Shown here in pieces: positions 22,301 to 35,921 of a stretch of DNA of 64,000 nucleotides. A program made the translations under genes and the position numbers. Position 1 is the first letter of the stretch. Every line of letters begins with the position of its first letter. A model generated the notes under the pieces. The model was given only the letters and a program-made list of their open reading frames with translations, made no database searches and was not told where the DNA came from. This DNA comes from Azolla caroliniana (Eukaryota > Plantae > Polypodiophyta), in NCBI GenBank assembly GCA_043228905.1, contig JBHGNT010000005.1, positions 13,516,001 through 13,580,000 of the forward strand, read 5' to 3'.

Positions 22301-24363
22301 AACATTTTGAGTATTTACAACTATGTTTGGAGAAATGTCAGGAAGGACGGCTTAGTTTAAATCCGGCAAAATGTGCATTCGGGGTCACTAGTGGCACATT
22401 ATTAGGCCATATTGTCAGTCAGGAAGGAATTGCAATGGACTCTAACAAGGTTAAAGCAATATTGGAAGCACTGGCACCCACAAATGCTAAAGCTTTCAGT
22501 CAGTTTTTGGGACAGATTAGATGGCATAGCCGAATGATAAGATATCTTTCGGATATCGCCATTCCCTTACATACAGTAGTACACAAAGTTCCTTTTCAGT
22601 GGACAAGTGTGGAACTGGATGCATATGATTGTCTGAAGAAAATGTTGTCCAAAGTTCCAGTCATCCAACCACCTAACTGGAATAAGCCATTCCATGTTTT
22701 TGTCGATGCATCGGACATCGCAATCGGAAGTGCATTAATGTAGTTAATTGAACCGAATTGGTACAGGCCAGTTTACTACGCTAGTCGGAAACTCTCGACA
22801 GCAGAAAGAAATTACTCTACCACTGAGAGGGAAGCTTTAGGAATGATCTATAGTGTCAATAAATTTCGACACTATCTTTTGGGGGAAAAGTTTACATTTC
22901 ATGTTGATCATTCGGCTCTTCTTTATTTGGTCTCGAAACAAGAGTTAACTGGCAAGTTAGCAAGATGGACTCTTCTACTCCAAGAATTTGAATTCGACAT
23001 TTTACATCGGCTAGGAGTACAGCATGTAGTGGCCGATTATCTCAGTCGATTGGAGTTAGGAGAAGAAGGCACAGGTTTCAAGGATTATTTTCCGGATGGC
23101 CAGCTTTTTCGAGTGGAAGCAGTAAATGCACAGGTTGTAAATGAAGAAAGTGAGGATGGTTGGATCTCAGAAATGACAATCTTTCTTACAACAGGGTTAC
23201 CACCAAAGCATCTGTCGGCAGATGAAAGGAAAAGGTTGGCGGTACAGAGTCGTAATTTTTGTCTTTTGAACGACATTCTGTATCATAAAGGAGCACGTGG
23301 TATTTGGAGAAGAACAGTACGACAGTTCAAAAAATCGGTCATTCTTCGGGAATCGCACTGTGGACTTGCAGGAGGACACTATGCTGGGGAAACCGACAGT
23401 GGCTTATGGTGACCGATAGTGATGAAGGATGCAGTCGAATATTGTCAGAAATTTGATTTATGCCAACATATGGGACAATCGATAGAAAGGGACCGAATGT
23501 TGTTTCAACCTGTGTTACCTCTTGAACCTTTCCAGAAATGGGGTTTGGATTTTGTACGCCCATTATACCGGCAGTAATAAGCTCTTAGGGATAATACGAC
23601 AGCTTCAACAACAAAAATTTTGTACGAAAGTATATGGTGTCGATTTGGCTGCCCAATAGAATTAGTGAGCGATCAAGGTACACAAACTTGCTCATGAATT
23701 GTCTACCTACGATGCAGTGGTTCATAAGAAAAGCACGCCTTACTATCCACAAGGGAATGGATTGGTGGAGTTGACAAACAAAACCCTACAGACGATACTC
23801 AAGCAGATAGTAAATGAGAATCGTACGGACTAGGATCAAAAGTTGCATAGTGCTTTATGGGCATATCGCACGTCGTACAAAACATCTATTAAGTCAACAC
23901 CTTTCCGAATGACTTTTGGATTGGAGGCAGTTATGCCAATCGAATTCCAAATTTCGACACTCCGAATACAAGCAACCGAAAAATTAAATGAACTCTAGTC
24001 GGAGCTAATTCGTAAAGAATCTTTATTCTTGTTAGAAGAGGACCGAATACAAGCTATGAGAGCTTTGGAGCATAAGCAAGGGCAAACGACAACATTTGTA
24101 AATTGACACCGACGAAAAACTGAATCTCGATTCGGAATTGGGAAACCAATACTGGTTTTCCAGACCAAGATGGGGACGATGCCAGGAAAACTTCAGTATA
24201 GATGGAGGGACTAGTTTGGATCGTGAACAGTAAAAATGGTATGTATCAATTGGGAACCCTATCAGGTGAGATTTTACCGAAATGGGTCAATGGTTTCCGA
24301 CTTAAGCCATATAATGGACACATGCCGGAAAATCCATTCAAGGCTGAATCAGACGAAAAGTAA
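19379..24363 (+). pseudogene. Gypsy E gag-pol (degenerate)
   Basis: CYICRQIGHYANQC knuckle; IIDGGSGVNVI protease; YSFLDGFSGYNQ and FLDD RT; FHVFVDASDIAIG RNase H; H..GGHY and FQKWGLDFV integrase. Confidence 0.95.
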
Positions 24364-24579
24364 ATAAATAAATATTAATAATAATAAACTAACTATAGAA
24401 TATTTCCTTACCAAATCATAACTAACTGTCATGAAGAGATTCTTGGAGTAATTTCAAAAGTCTATAAGTAAAAGTAGTGGAGGCCTATTTCTATTAGTCA
24501 TTATTACTATTTCTAGCCATTACTCCACTAGTACGCCTAGTCATTACAATATTAATAGTAGTTTTATTTCCTAGGCATC

Positions 24580-27320
24580 ATGCAAAAATTTAATCTCTTA
24601 AAACCTATTTTTGTAATGACTGTTTCACCACAGAAGCAAAAACGCATTCGAGCTCATAGGTTTTCTGATTTTAGTCGCCATAGCCCACAACATTTCTCAC
24701 AGCCACCACTGAGGGACGATCTGTCAATCGACAATGACAACATGCCGATTGTCGTATCTGACAACTTGCGTTGCTGGCTCGTTCGCAATAAGTTACAGGG
24801 ATTTTTGAAAGTCGTAGAAGCAGAGCCACACCCACACGCGGAAGCTCTGTTGGCAGAAATTGATGTCTCGACTATTACGAATAAGAAGGTAAGAGCCGTG
24901 TTGGAGATGCCAAGAGGCGGGTTCGACGCTGTCAACAAGGTCACAAAGGATGGTTTGCGGTCCTATTTTGGTGAATATTCGCCCTTTGCCAAAGCGTATC
25001 AGACACAAGGAGGTAGGGACGTGTTTTTTCATGAAGTTGCAAAATTTTTCTTGGAAGTAGGGTTTGTTAGTTCCAGATTCTATTGTATGCCCAAAAAGAG
25101 GGCCCGATTTATCATCGCCACTTATGAAGGCGAAGCTTTCGATTGGGGGTTACTGTCGGCAGATGCTCTAAGAGAGCAACTGAACGGAGTTCAGAAGGGA
25201 AAACCAATGAAGCCGATATTTGCTCGTTGGTTATCAGTATTATTTCTGACTTCAAAGCCGGAAAACCGATCAGAGGTGCGTCGGCCGCCTCAGGTACAGT
25301 CATCCCGAACCCGACGACAAGTCCAACGAGAAGAGTGGAGGGAAGAAGAATCAACACATGACGTACCACTCAGACTAAATTTGACCAACCAGACCCAAGG
25401 CAACAACAAGAATCGGAACAACAACAGTCGATACCGCAACCCGAACCTGCCCAGCAACCGCCGACTCAACAACCGAAGTTTCAACCACAGAGGATGCAAC
25501 AACGCGGGACGACAGACGAGCAACCCTCACAGCAGCAAGAATCAAGATGAGTCGACATTGACTAGCAACCGCCGAAGCAAGGCAGGGTGAAACAACGGTC
25601 CCAAAGATACTCTAGACCAGAGCAAGAACAACCTTTGCAGAAGAAAAAGAGAACTAACGATCAAGTCACCCAAAGCACACAAGTACCTTGTGTCAATCCA
25701 GATGACACGTCACGAGTTCAAAAAGGGCAGGCGTCAATAGCAATGGTGCAAGAGGCACTCGATTTTTCCGACATCCCGACAGCAGCACATGAGCTAACTG
25801 CCATTGTGTAGTTTGGAACATTATATGAACTGGTAGAATGGTTAGCTAAAAGACTTCAAGAAGTGTCGAAAAGAATGGCGCAAGAGCACAGAGATCAAAT
25901 AATGCTCCAAAATTCATTATGTGGAGCTGTCGAACTAAACGAGCAAGCGGAAGTGGATAGAATTGGTCGACAGCGAAATGCTAAAAATAGAGGTGAAGCC
26001 ATTTAGATACCACCATTACATGAGGCACCGGTGGAAGTCCACCGAGAATATGAAAAGGCTAGTAGAGCGGCCAGGGATATGGCCAAATTATACAAACAGG
26101 CTACAACAGCTACAGATGTGCTTAATGCACAGTATAAACAGACACAGCCAAAGAATCAACAATTGAAGAATAAACTGCAAGAAGAACAAGTGGCTCTACA
26201 AAAAGCGAGAGAACTGATATTATAGCCAGAGTCACAAAGACAACCTTTGGAGACGGATTCAGAATTACACAAGAGGTTGGACCAAGCCGAAAAAGCACGA
26301 AGAGAGGTAGGAATTAGGGCAAAAAGACGAAACACAGGTCTAGAGAGATGGAGGCTCGATTAGAGTAGGCCAAAATGGCGGCCGACAGATCTTTGGGGGA
26401 AAAAGATAATGTAATACAAGAATTACGCCGATAGTTAGCTCAACAGCAAGACGCTACAAGGCAACAAGTTGAGGAATTGGAAGAGTATGTCAAGAGCCAA
26501 GAGACTTGTTTTACAACACAGTTGGCTGGTAAAGACAAACTGATAGACGAAATCAACGAAAAAATGATTCAGCAGCAAAACAACTAGAATGAAGAGAAAG
26601 CGAAGCTGGAAAACCGATGCGTAGAAGTTCAAACGGTCTCCGAGAAAAGGCGACTTGACCTCTTAGTGGCACAAGCTAAACTAATACAGGCAGAAGGACA
26701 TACCAATGAGGTAATCATTGATTTGAGGAAAACATTGGCAACATCACAGTTTGAGGCTAGAATGACGTAGGACAGGGTTCAAGCGATCATTAGACGTCAC
26801 CGAATTAACACCCTAAAATTGATCAATGAATCACTGGAGAAATGTTGGCAAACATGGTCGGCGCAAGCCGCAGAGCTTCAGCTATTAAGAGCCAACAGAG
26901 AAAATAGGAAAGTTCAGGGCAAAGGCTTCCTCAAGATGTCGGAGGAAGCAATGACAACAGTTCAGGAAGATATTGCTAAGGACCTATACGACATGGCAGC
27001 TTATTTTAAAGAAGAAATTAACTGAGTGATGCAGGAATTCGACAAGCATGATGTCGAGATATCCGTCGAGTTAGACAATATCGAAGCCGAAAGAGTAACC
27101 AAAACACCTAGACTCGGAGCACCGGATTCCGCAGGGCCAAGACCATCGACCGAAGAAGCCCGCCAGAAAACAACGACGGGAGGACACCGAAGACAAAGAC
27201 GAAGACGACATAGGCGTGGCAACACAGGAAGCAGAACCCTCCTTATTCAACATTTTGCAGGACGATGCAGACAATGATTTAGAGATGGAGGAAGATCTTT
27301 CCTTAGAGCAGCAGGAGTAA
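24580..27320 (+). pseudogene. Additional ORF of Gypsy E (globular N-part, Q/E-rich linker, coiled-coil-like region), fragmented
   Basis: 336-aa ORF 24580-25590 followed by same-strand E/Q/K-rich fragments up to TAA at 27320. Confidence 0.65.
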
Positions 27321-27827
27321 AGGGTTCCGTGGGTTCGCCGGACAACGTCTTGGCCCACGGACATGCCAAGTGTTACCCAGACAAGTATAGATACGTCGGA
27401 GTCGGAAGGATGTTCGGAGTCAAAATCGGATCGACAGTTCGGATCGATGACTCAACAGATAGCCGAATAGGACATAGTTAGTTACGAAGTTTTGTAATTC
27501 TTGATAATTATAGGTAGTAGGATTTCTTGATGAGAAAAGACCTTCGGGTTACCTATAAAAGGAAACCAAAGGCATTGTAAAAATCTATCCTTGTATTTAG
27601 TAATATAAAGTTTGGTTAGGAAATCTCTATGTACGGATTACATTTTGCCATATATTTCTTTCTGTCTAAACTATATTACATAAGTCACGATCTTGGTGTC
27701 TGTTATCACCGATAAGTTATAGATAATTAGTATCTATTCGTCTAACCACAACTTCTTGATAGAACGTTCGGTACGAATGTTCGTCTTATACTCTGTCGGC
27801 AAGGTAGTAATTGTCGACCGAACAACA

Positions 27828-30307
27828 CCGTCTCCTCAGTTCCTTGCGCGGGGAGAGAACGGCAGAGTCTCCATTACTCGCCAGTTCCTCATCCGACTGG
27901 TCATCCCGACTCAGCCGCTCATTCGGTCCACTTAACCGAAATGAGATCGGACTCTCTTCTAGAGTGTCAAGGTCCTCATCTTCTATCTGGACCGGTTCAG
28001 GCTCACTAGGCTCATCCTCCGGTATCGGGTCGGGGTCGGAAGTCGGAGCCGTTAAGGCATACCATGATTCCATCTCATCCAACTCAACATCCCCGCTAAC
28101 TCGGACCTGCTTCGTCCAGGGGTTATAACACTTATACCCATTTTGTTCATGCGAGTAACCGACCAGGATGCATTTCTCCGACTTTGCATCCAACTTCCTC
28201 GCTTCTCATCCGGGACATGCACATATGCAATGCTATCGAATATCCGAAGGTGTCTCAAATTCGGCTTGTGCCCGAAATACAGCTCATGCGTATACACCTT
28301 GTCACCGATCCGGTTTTGGATATAGACGGCCGTGCGGACCACCTCCGCCCAGTAGAAATGAGGCATACTCTTCTCCTCCAGCATTGCCCTTACCGCGTCG
28401 ACAATCGGCCACACCATTTTGCTCCGGTGTGTATCTGCAGCTGAACTCTCTTTGAATTCCTTTTTGCTATAGATAACTATTGAATTGGCCAGAAAATATT
28501 CTTTTCCGCTATCCGACTGCAAGCACTTGATCTTCCTCTCCGTTTACCGTTCAACCAGGCTTTGCAGGTTCCGGAAACACTCGAAGACTTCGCTCTTCCA
28601 CTCAATGAGGTAGATCCATGTATGCCGACGAAGGAGATGAAATACTTACTCCCATCAAGACCAACGTTCTGTGCCGGTCCCCATACATCTGAATGGAATA
28701 GATCGAGCTTGTTATGGCTCCGGTTTCGTTCGGTGGGGAATGGAAGCCGGTGTTGCTTCCCGAGTTGGCAGGCTTCACATACTTGGGCCTTCTGGCCACT
28801 AAACTTCGGAATACCGAAAACAACGTGTTTCTTTTGCAAGTATTTAAGCCTCCGGTAATTGACGTGGCCAATCCGCTTGTGCTAGAGATCGATATCCGAT
28901 TCAATATTTTGTCCTTTGGCGAACAAAGTAGTGCCGACGTCATTGGTGTCAAGGATAAACATCCTCCCGTCTCTGCACCCTTGCGCAATGATTTGTCCCT
29001 CATCCTCGATGAAGCACCCGAGGTGCGTAAACTGCAGCTACATCCCCTGGTCGACAATCTATCGGACAGAAACCAGGTTCTTCGTGATGGTCGAAACGTG
29101 TAATATGTTCATCGGCTTCCCCCTCTGTCCGACGTGGCTCAAAGGGACTTCTTCGACATGCACGACTGGATGTGGAGTGTCGTCTCCGGTTTCGACGACT
29201 CCCGATTGTTCCAGTTTCTCCAAGAAAGAGAACGACTCTTTGTGGTTCGTCATGTGATTCGACGCACCGGAATCAACGTACCACATTTCCTCCAATTTGG
29301 AAGTGGTCATCCTCATTGAGTTAGCCTCGTGTTTCATCAGCAAGGCTGACCCTTTACCGACTTTTCCGGTTTTGGATCCTCCCGATCGTTTTGCGTAGTA
29401 CGAGTATTGCCGGTTCTCTCTGCCCGCTTTGCCGGATTTGGATCTGTTCGAATCGGCGTGCTTCTTCCAACACTCGCTTTCTCTGAGGCCCTTTTTACCA
29501 CAATACCAACATTCCATGTTGGCCTTTGCTTGCCGGGCTCTGGCGCCGCCTTGACTCCCCCTGCTTGTGGAGGGTCCAAAACTGTTGTCGGCACATTCTC
29601 TGTGCCTTCGGTCCTGCTCTTGCCGGCTGCTACCATTGCGAGCCTACCCGCCTCGTCCACAACGCCCACGGGTCCGATCTGCCCCCGTGTACAGCATCCG
29701 GCTATCGATGGGTGCACTTGTTGACACATCAGCGTGGTTCTCCTCCACAATGAGCATCGACTGAAAGTCAAAAAATGACGGCATATTCTCCTTTTCACAC
29801 ATAGCAGTTCGAAACGCTCCGAACTTTGATGCCACACCTCCGAGACAGATTTTCACCATATCGACTTCTTCGATATTCATATTGATGGAGGCTTGAGAGT
29901 CGCAAATGTCCTTGATTTTGGAGGTGTAGTCTGCCACCGACAAGTCGCGTTGTCGTAGGTTGCTCAACTCCTATCGCAGTTGAAGCTTCTTGGCTGTAAT
30001 GCTTGTGGCGAAAATTGGAAATCTTCTTCATATTTCCCCAAGCATATTTCGGCCTTTTTGCATCCCGAATGTAGCTTAGGAGTTGTTCTCCCACACAAGA
30101 TGCGAAGCAATACAATACTCTGCTCGCTGACTTTTCCCACACCGGGAAATCTCTGTGTGTCGATTCAGGTGTTCTGTCATTTGCTCCGTCGACATAGCTC
30201 CAGTAACCGTGCCCGAGTAGGTACTGGTGCATCTTGTAGGACCAAGATGTGTAGTTGTTTCTGTCGAGCTTCTCCGTCGGAAGCGAGCTAGCCATGCCTC
30301 TGTCCAT
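27828..30307 (-). pseudogene. Copia D gag-protease-integrase (degenerate)
   Basis: MDRGMASSLPTEKLDRNNY; WYVDSGASNHM; LDLFHSDVWGP. Confidence 0.92.
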
Positions 30308-30803
30308 CGGTTTTTACCTGTTCGTCTTGGTTGGTTTTCTTTTCAAGCTATGTCAGTTGCAGAGCTTCTCAACCCTCGCGCTCTGATACCATGTAAAAGA
30401 TGTGCGGAAGCAATAGAAGACTGAACACAGAAACGTAGGTTTAATGGAGAGCTTAGAATATACACAGTACGCGGGAGAGACACAAACAGAGGGAGCACAC
30501 AGAAACTCAATTCAAAATAATACTCAATCTGTATATCGTATGTGTTCATTGAACTCTTTTATACAAGTCCATCTGGACTGACAGAAGTACGGTGTATTTC
30601 AATGCTCACATAAGCGTCTAACACTAACTATGAGACATTAACTACCTAGTAGACTAGGCTGCTACTAGGCTTCCGGGTATTGATGGATCCGGCTAACCGG
30701 CTCCCTAGCTCACTAGCTCACCGATCTGGCCCATCCTTCTAGATGTCGATCCGACTCAGGCTTATTCAGCCGATCCGGATCCGGTTGAGCTTGCCACTCA
30801 ACC

Positions 30804-32430
30804 ACAAGGTAAAATAGAATGCGGACGGTTTGGTCAACCCGTACAAGGTCTGGTTAGTGGCCAAAGGATATGCAGAATCGATTACGAAGAGACCTTCCCT
30901 TCGGTAGTGAAGATGACGATGGTTCGTGTGGTGTTGACAAGCTGATGACATCTTTACCAAATGGACTTGAAGAATGTGTTAGTTCAAGGCGATCTTAAAG
31001 AACAAGTCTATATGCACCAACCCCCCTGATTTCAATTGGACATGAACAAGTCGCTAGTGTGCCGGCTCAAGAAGTCCCTCTATGGCCTGAAGCAAGCCCC
31101 CTAAGCTTGGAATTCGAAGATAACAACCGGTTGCATAAGATGGGGTTTCCTCCCTTCAAATCTGACTCATCGTTGTTCATTCGAAAGTGTCTGAAAGGTC
31201 CGATATGCATTCTACTATACGTCAACGTCTTGGTCGTCGCCAGACCCGACCTCCTTGAAACAACTGTTGAAAGCATTCAAAATGATGGACCTGGGGGATT
31301 TTCATTACTTCCTTAGGATCGAAATGATCCACACCCCCAATGGCATATTGTTTTCATAACGACTCTATGTGTTGAATATGTTGTACAAGTTCGACATGAC
31401 CAAATGTGGACTAGTCTCGACATGACCAAATGTGGACCGGAATCTCAAATTACGTCCCGACTCCGGACCAGCCTCCAATGAGAAACGGTTCTGAAAACTT
31501 GTCAGAAGCCTTATATATTTGACAATCACCCGGCGCGACATTAGCTATCCGGTTGGAGTGATCAATCAATTTATGCAGAAGACGACCGTCGAGCACTTTC
31601 AGTGCGTGCATCGATTGTTGAGATATGTGCACGGCACTAAGGATTGGGGACTGTTATACCGACACGGTATAACTGAAGAGCTAGTCGGGAGCAACAAGAA
31701 GCAACTAGCAGTGGCTTTGTCGAGCATTGAGGCTGAGTATCGGGGAGCTACCGTTGCCACCTGTGAAGCCATCTGGTTTTGGTGGCTATTGCAGAACCTC
31801 CGGATCAAAGTATCAACTCCAATCCCAATCTATTGTGATGTCAACATCAATATCATGCAGTTCGCCAAGAATCTTGTGCTCCATGCTCAGACGAAGCACA
31901 TAGAAGCACATTATCACTTTGTGCACGAGCGGGTCCTGAGCAGTAAAGTCGAACTCCGGTATGTTCGAACGGATCAGCAGGTTGCCGACATATTCACCAA
32001 GCCACTCAGATCAAACAAGTTGCAACATCTTAACATGGCGCACTTGAGGGGGAGAACTGGAACAGGAACCGGGAGAACAGGTAGAGGCACCGACAACGTA
32101 GTCAGAGAGGAGGAAAAGATTGAAACAGGGGGAGACAAGCAGAAAAAGGGAGTTGAGTCGACTGAAGAAGTCGGCACATCCGAAAATGTCAGAACGAGCA
32201 CCGACGGCGACAGAGTCAAGATAGAGCCGACCGGAAGAAGAAGACTAAGACCTAGACATGGTCTAATGTGGTAAAGGTCCTTGAGGATGAGGAAGAATTG
32301 GAAACAACCAATTCGGACAAGAGTTGGAATGAATTGGAGGTAGTCGATTAAGAACAAATGTTTGATTTGGAGGAGCTCTATAAATTGAACGCGAAACGGA
32401 CGAGAAGGCAATGAAAGTAAACGTTGACAC
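30804..32430 (+). pseudogene. Copia A RT-RNase H-tail (degenerate)
   Basis: ILLYVNV, KHIEAHYHFVHERV, ADIFTKPL, LRGR, then tail. Confidence 0.9.
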
Positions 32431-34008
32431 AAAGGAACCGACAGGTCGAGAAGCATCGAAGTCAGAGTAACAAAGGAGTTGAGATGGGCCTGATGAGGAG
32501 ACAAGTCGATTGAGAAGGTCAAGGTGTGTGGAACCAGACGGGGCCTAGAAAGCGGGACCAGTCAGGACGAGGAGCACAAGCAAGGTGGGAAGACGCCAAG
32601 AGGAGTTGGAGGGAAGGACCAGCAGACATAGACACCATGATCCGACCTCAAGTTGAGTTTGAGGGGGACTGTTAAGAGGACAAGCTCAACCAAATCTAGA
32701 TTGGTATCCAGAGTGAAGAACTGGATCGATGTTCGGAACGAAGAGTTGCATCGACATCCGGAACCAAGAGCCGGATTAAAATCCAGATTGTATTGTAACC
32801 AATAGGCCATTAGAGGCATATTTTTAGGAGTCAGTGTCAATAGCTCGGTACGAGCATTGAAGTACTTGCCAGTTCTTTTAAGGACTTGTATAAAAGTGTT
32901 CATTGAGCACATTTTATGTGTCAAGATGGAAATGTGGATTTACAAACAAGATACACTGAAATGTACAAACAAATGCAAAGTACAGAGGCACACATAGAGT
33001 TTTACATGGAAACCCTAAATGGGGAAAACCACGAGAACAAAGATTCCACTATACAAAGAGAATAAAGCAAAATGATACTGATATTCTCTTATGATCTCAG
33101 AGGATAACCCACTCAGGGTTCTTGACAGGTTTGCTAACTCTACCGCCGTTCTCTATCACGCTTCTCTCTCTTCTCTGTGACGCTCAACAACAGATCCTCA
33201 CAACAACTCTTATGTTGTATCACAGAAGGCTCTATTCTACATCGGACGATTGCCCAAGGTGTATTTATACTTATACACCATATGGTCTATTTACAAATGT
33301 AGTCCCTACTACTATCATTACTATTGTTATCCTAATAACAATATCAGTTAGTCAATTGATTGGTCGACTAGCCGACTCTTGTGTCAACTGTCCAGTCGGC
33401 CCAACTAGTTGACCATCTGGTCGGTTTGAGTAGCCGGTCACATCTTCGACTTGGATCACTTATATCTGTTGTTAGGAATAGTGCTTGGCCAAAAACCGAG
33501 TCTTACTACCTCAATAGAAGAAAACAAAAAATAGAAATAAGATAGACACAAGATGTTAACGTGGAAACCCCTAATAGGGAAAAACCACATGAGCCCACAG
33601 ACTACAACTATCTCTATGACAAAAGGATACAATGCGAGACTAAGAGGCAATGACCTTGAGTTCTATGTCTTCACCAACCGGCAGTTACAACAGAAAAGAC
33701 TTTTTCTTTCTCACGCTCTCTCTATGTCTATACAACAATATCTCTACACACATCATGATTAGAAGTGATTGACCTAAGTCATATTTATACTTATATGACT
33801 TTAGGACTATTTACAAATATGGCCATGATAGGCACACTAAGAACATATTTACAGATATGTTCCTCGAACAGTTTCAGACCGAATCCATCCGGATACCTTC
33901 CGGATCCATCCGGTCGAGTTCCTTCCTTCGGCTTGTCCAATCTAGCTACTCCAGTTCTCATCCGGGTACCATCCAGAGGGACCGAATTCCCAACAAGCTC
34001 CCCCTTCA

Positions 34009-35305
34009 CTCTATCATGGGATGTCTTGTCAATCCGATCCATCTCGTGCACATGTCCAGCTTGTTGGCTGACAACACCTTGGTTAGCATGTCCGACCCGT
34101 TCTCCTCCGTATGGATCTTCGTCAACACCAAATATTTATCTTCTACCTTTTCTCGGACTCAATGATATCTGCTTTGGATGTGCTTGATCATGGAGTGGTA
34201 GGGCGCGTTCTTCGTGAGGTGGATGGCACTTTGACTGTCATAGTGGAGCCGGAATTCCTCCTGCTAGATCCCTAGCTCTCCGTGCAGTCCTTCATCTAGA
34301 TTGATTACCTCTTCACCAACTTCTACAATCGTCGTGTACTCCACTTCTGTTGTCAATAGTGCAATGGACTTTTGCAACCTCGACTGCCATGATATGACTA
34401 CCCCGGCATATGTCATAACATATCCGCACATCGACTCGCTGGTATCTGCATCAACCGACATATCTGAATCCGTGAATCCTTCAAGTTGAGGTTTACCTGA
34501 GCCGAATCAGATGCACATACTCAAGGTGACTTTCAAGTACCGGAGTATCCACTTCACTGCGGTCCAGTGTTCTCTTCCCAGATTGCTTATGAATCGGTTG
34601 ACCACTCTGAGTGCATATCCGATATCCGGTCGTGTACACACCATTGCATACATCAAGCTTCCGACTGTAGAGGCATATGATACCTTTGTTATCTCCTCTT
34701 TCTCCACCTTTGTCTTCAAACTTTGCTTTCCGGACAGCTTGCCATTTGCTAGAAGTGTCGAACCGTTGGAGCACCTTCGTCACGTACTTCTCCTGTGACA
34801 ACCACAATAGATTCTTCGTTCAGTCCCAGACTATGTGCATCCCCAATATCTGCCTCGTCAAACCCAAATCTTTCATTGAAAAGGTCTGGTTCAAGGCCTT
34901 CTTCATATTCTCGAGTTTGCTTCAGTCCAATCCAACGATTAGCATGCCATCCACATAGAGCAGGAGTATCAGGAAGTCTCCTCCGTCAAATTTCTTCATG
35001 AATACATAGTGGTTGGCTTGCAGCTTGTGGTATCCTTGGTTGGTCATGATGGAGTCGAATTTCCGGTACCATTGTCAAGGAGCTTGCTTCAGTCCGTATA
35101 AACTCTTCTTCAATTGACATACCAGGTGCCCCTCCCCTTTCTTGACAAATCCCTCCGGCTGTTGCATGTAGATCTCTTCTTCAAGGTCACCTTGCAAGAA
35201 CACCGTCTTGACGTCTAGTTGCACTAGAAGACATAAATATATCTCTCTTTCTTTCTTTCTACCTCGAGGTCCATGCTTGCTGCAATGCTCAACATAGTCC
35301 GCGTG
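34009..35305 (-). pseudogene. Copia G RT-RNase H (degenerate)
   Basis: YASTVGSLMYAMVCTRPDI; SWQSRLQK. Confidence 0.9.
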
Positions 35306-35921
35306 TGTGAAAATGAAGGTGCGGAAGCATTAGACAACTGGCTTAGCTGGATAGCAACACAGAGAGAGAGAGATTAACACACAAAAGGTATGCAGGAGAG
35401 ACAGAGAAAGAGCAGAACAACTTAAATCTATTATCAACAACTCTGTAAAATTCTCTATGTATACAACGTGCTCAACAGCACTATTTATACAAGTCCTAAG
35501 AGGACTGATAGAAGTACAGTGTACTTCAATGCTCACACGAGCGTCTAACACTAACTATGAGGCATTAACTACCTAGTAGTCTAGGCTTCTACTAGGCTTC
35601 CGATTACTGCTTGATCCGGCTAACCGGCTCCCCAGCTCACCGGCTCACCAATCTGGCTCATCCTTCCAGATGCCGATCCGGCTCAGGCTTATTCAGCCGA
35701 TCCGGATCCGGTTGAGCTTGCCGCTCAACACTCCCCCTCAAGCTCAGCTTGAGGTCAGATCGTAATGTCACCCGGCTCCTTCTGGCATCACCCCGCCTCG
35801 CCCGCGCTCCTCATCCGGTCCGGTCCCATTTGCAGCGACCCTTCTGATTCTGCGCACCTCGACCTCCTCGATCGGCTTGTCTGCTCAACAGGCCTAGTTT
35901 AGCTCCCTCGCTGCTGTGACT

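Larger units (their letters stand above)
18663..27827 (+). mobile_element. Gypsy E, non-chromovirus (Athila/Tat-like RT) with an extra 3' ORF
   Basis: LTRs 18663-19113 and 27371-27827 (TGTT..AACA); degenerate TSD CCAGC/CCGTC; D frame resumes; PBS-like TGGCACGC near 19125; domain order gag-PR-RT-RH-IN. Confidence 0.93.
15562..30803 (-). mobile_element. Copia D (family of A/B), inserted in A RT
   Basis: TSD ACAAG at 15557-15561 and 30804-30808; LTRs 15562-16460 (split by S1) and 30392-30803; PBS 30380-30391; PPT 16461-16471. Confidence 0.93.

Noticed and set aside
35223-35262. GT..AG intron in the RT of G
   Set aside because: Too short, and splicing it out does not restore the frame
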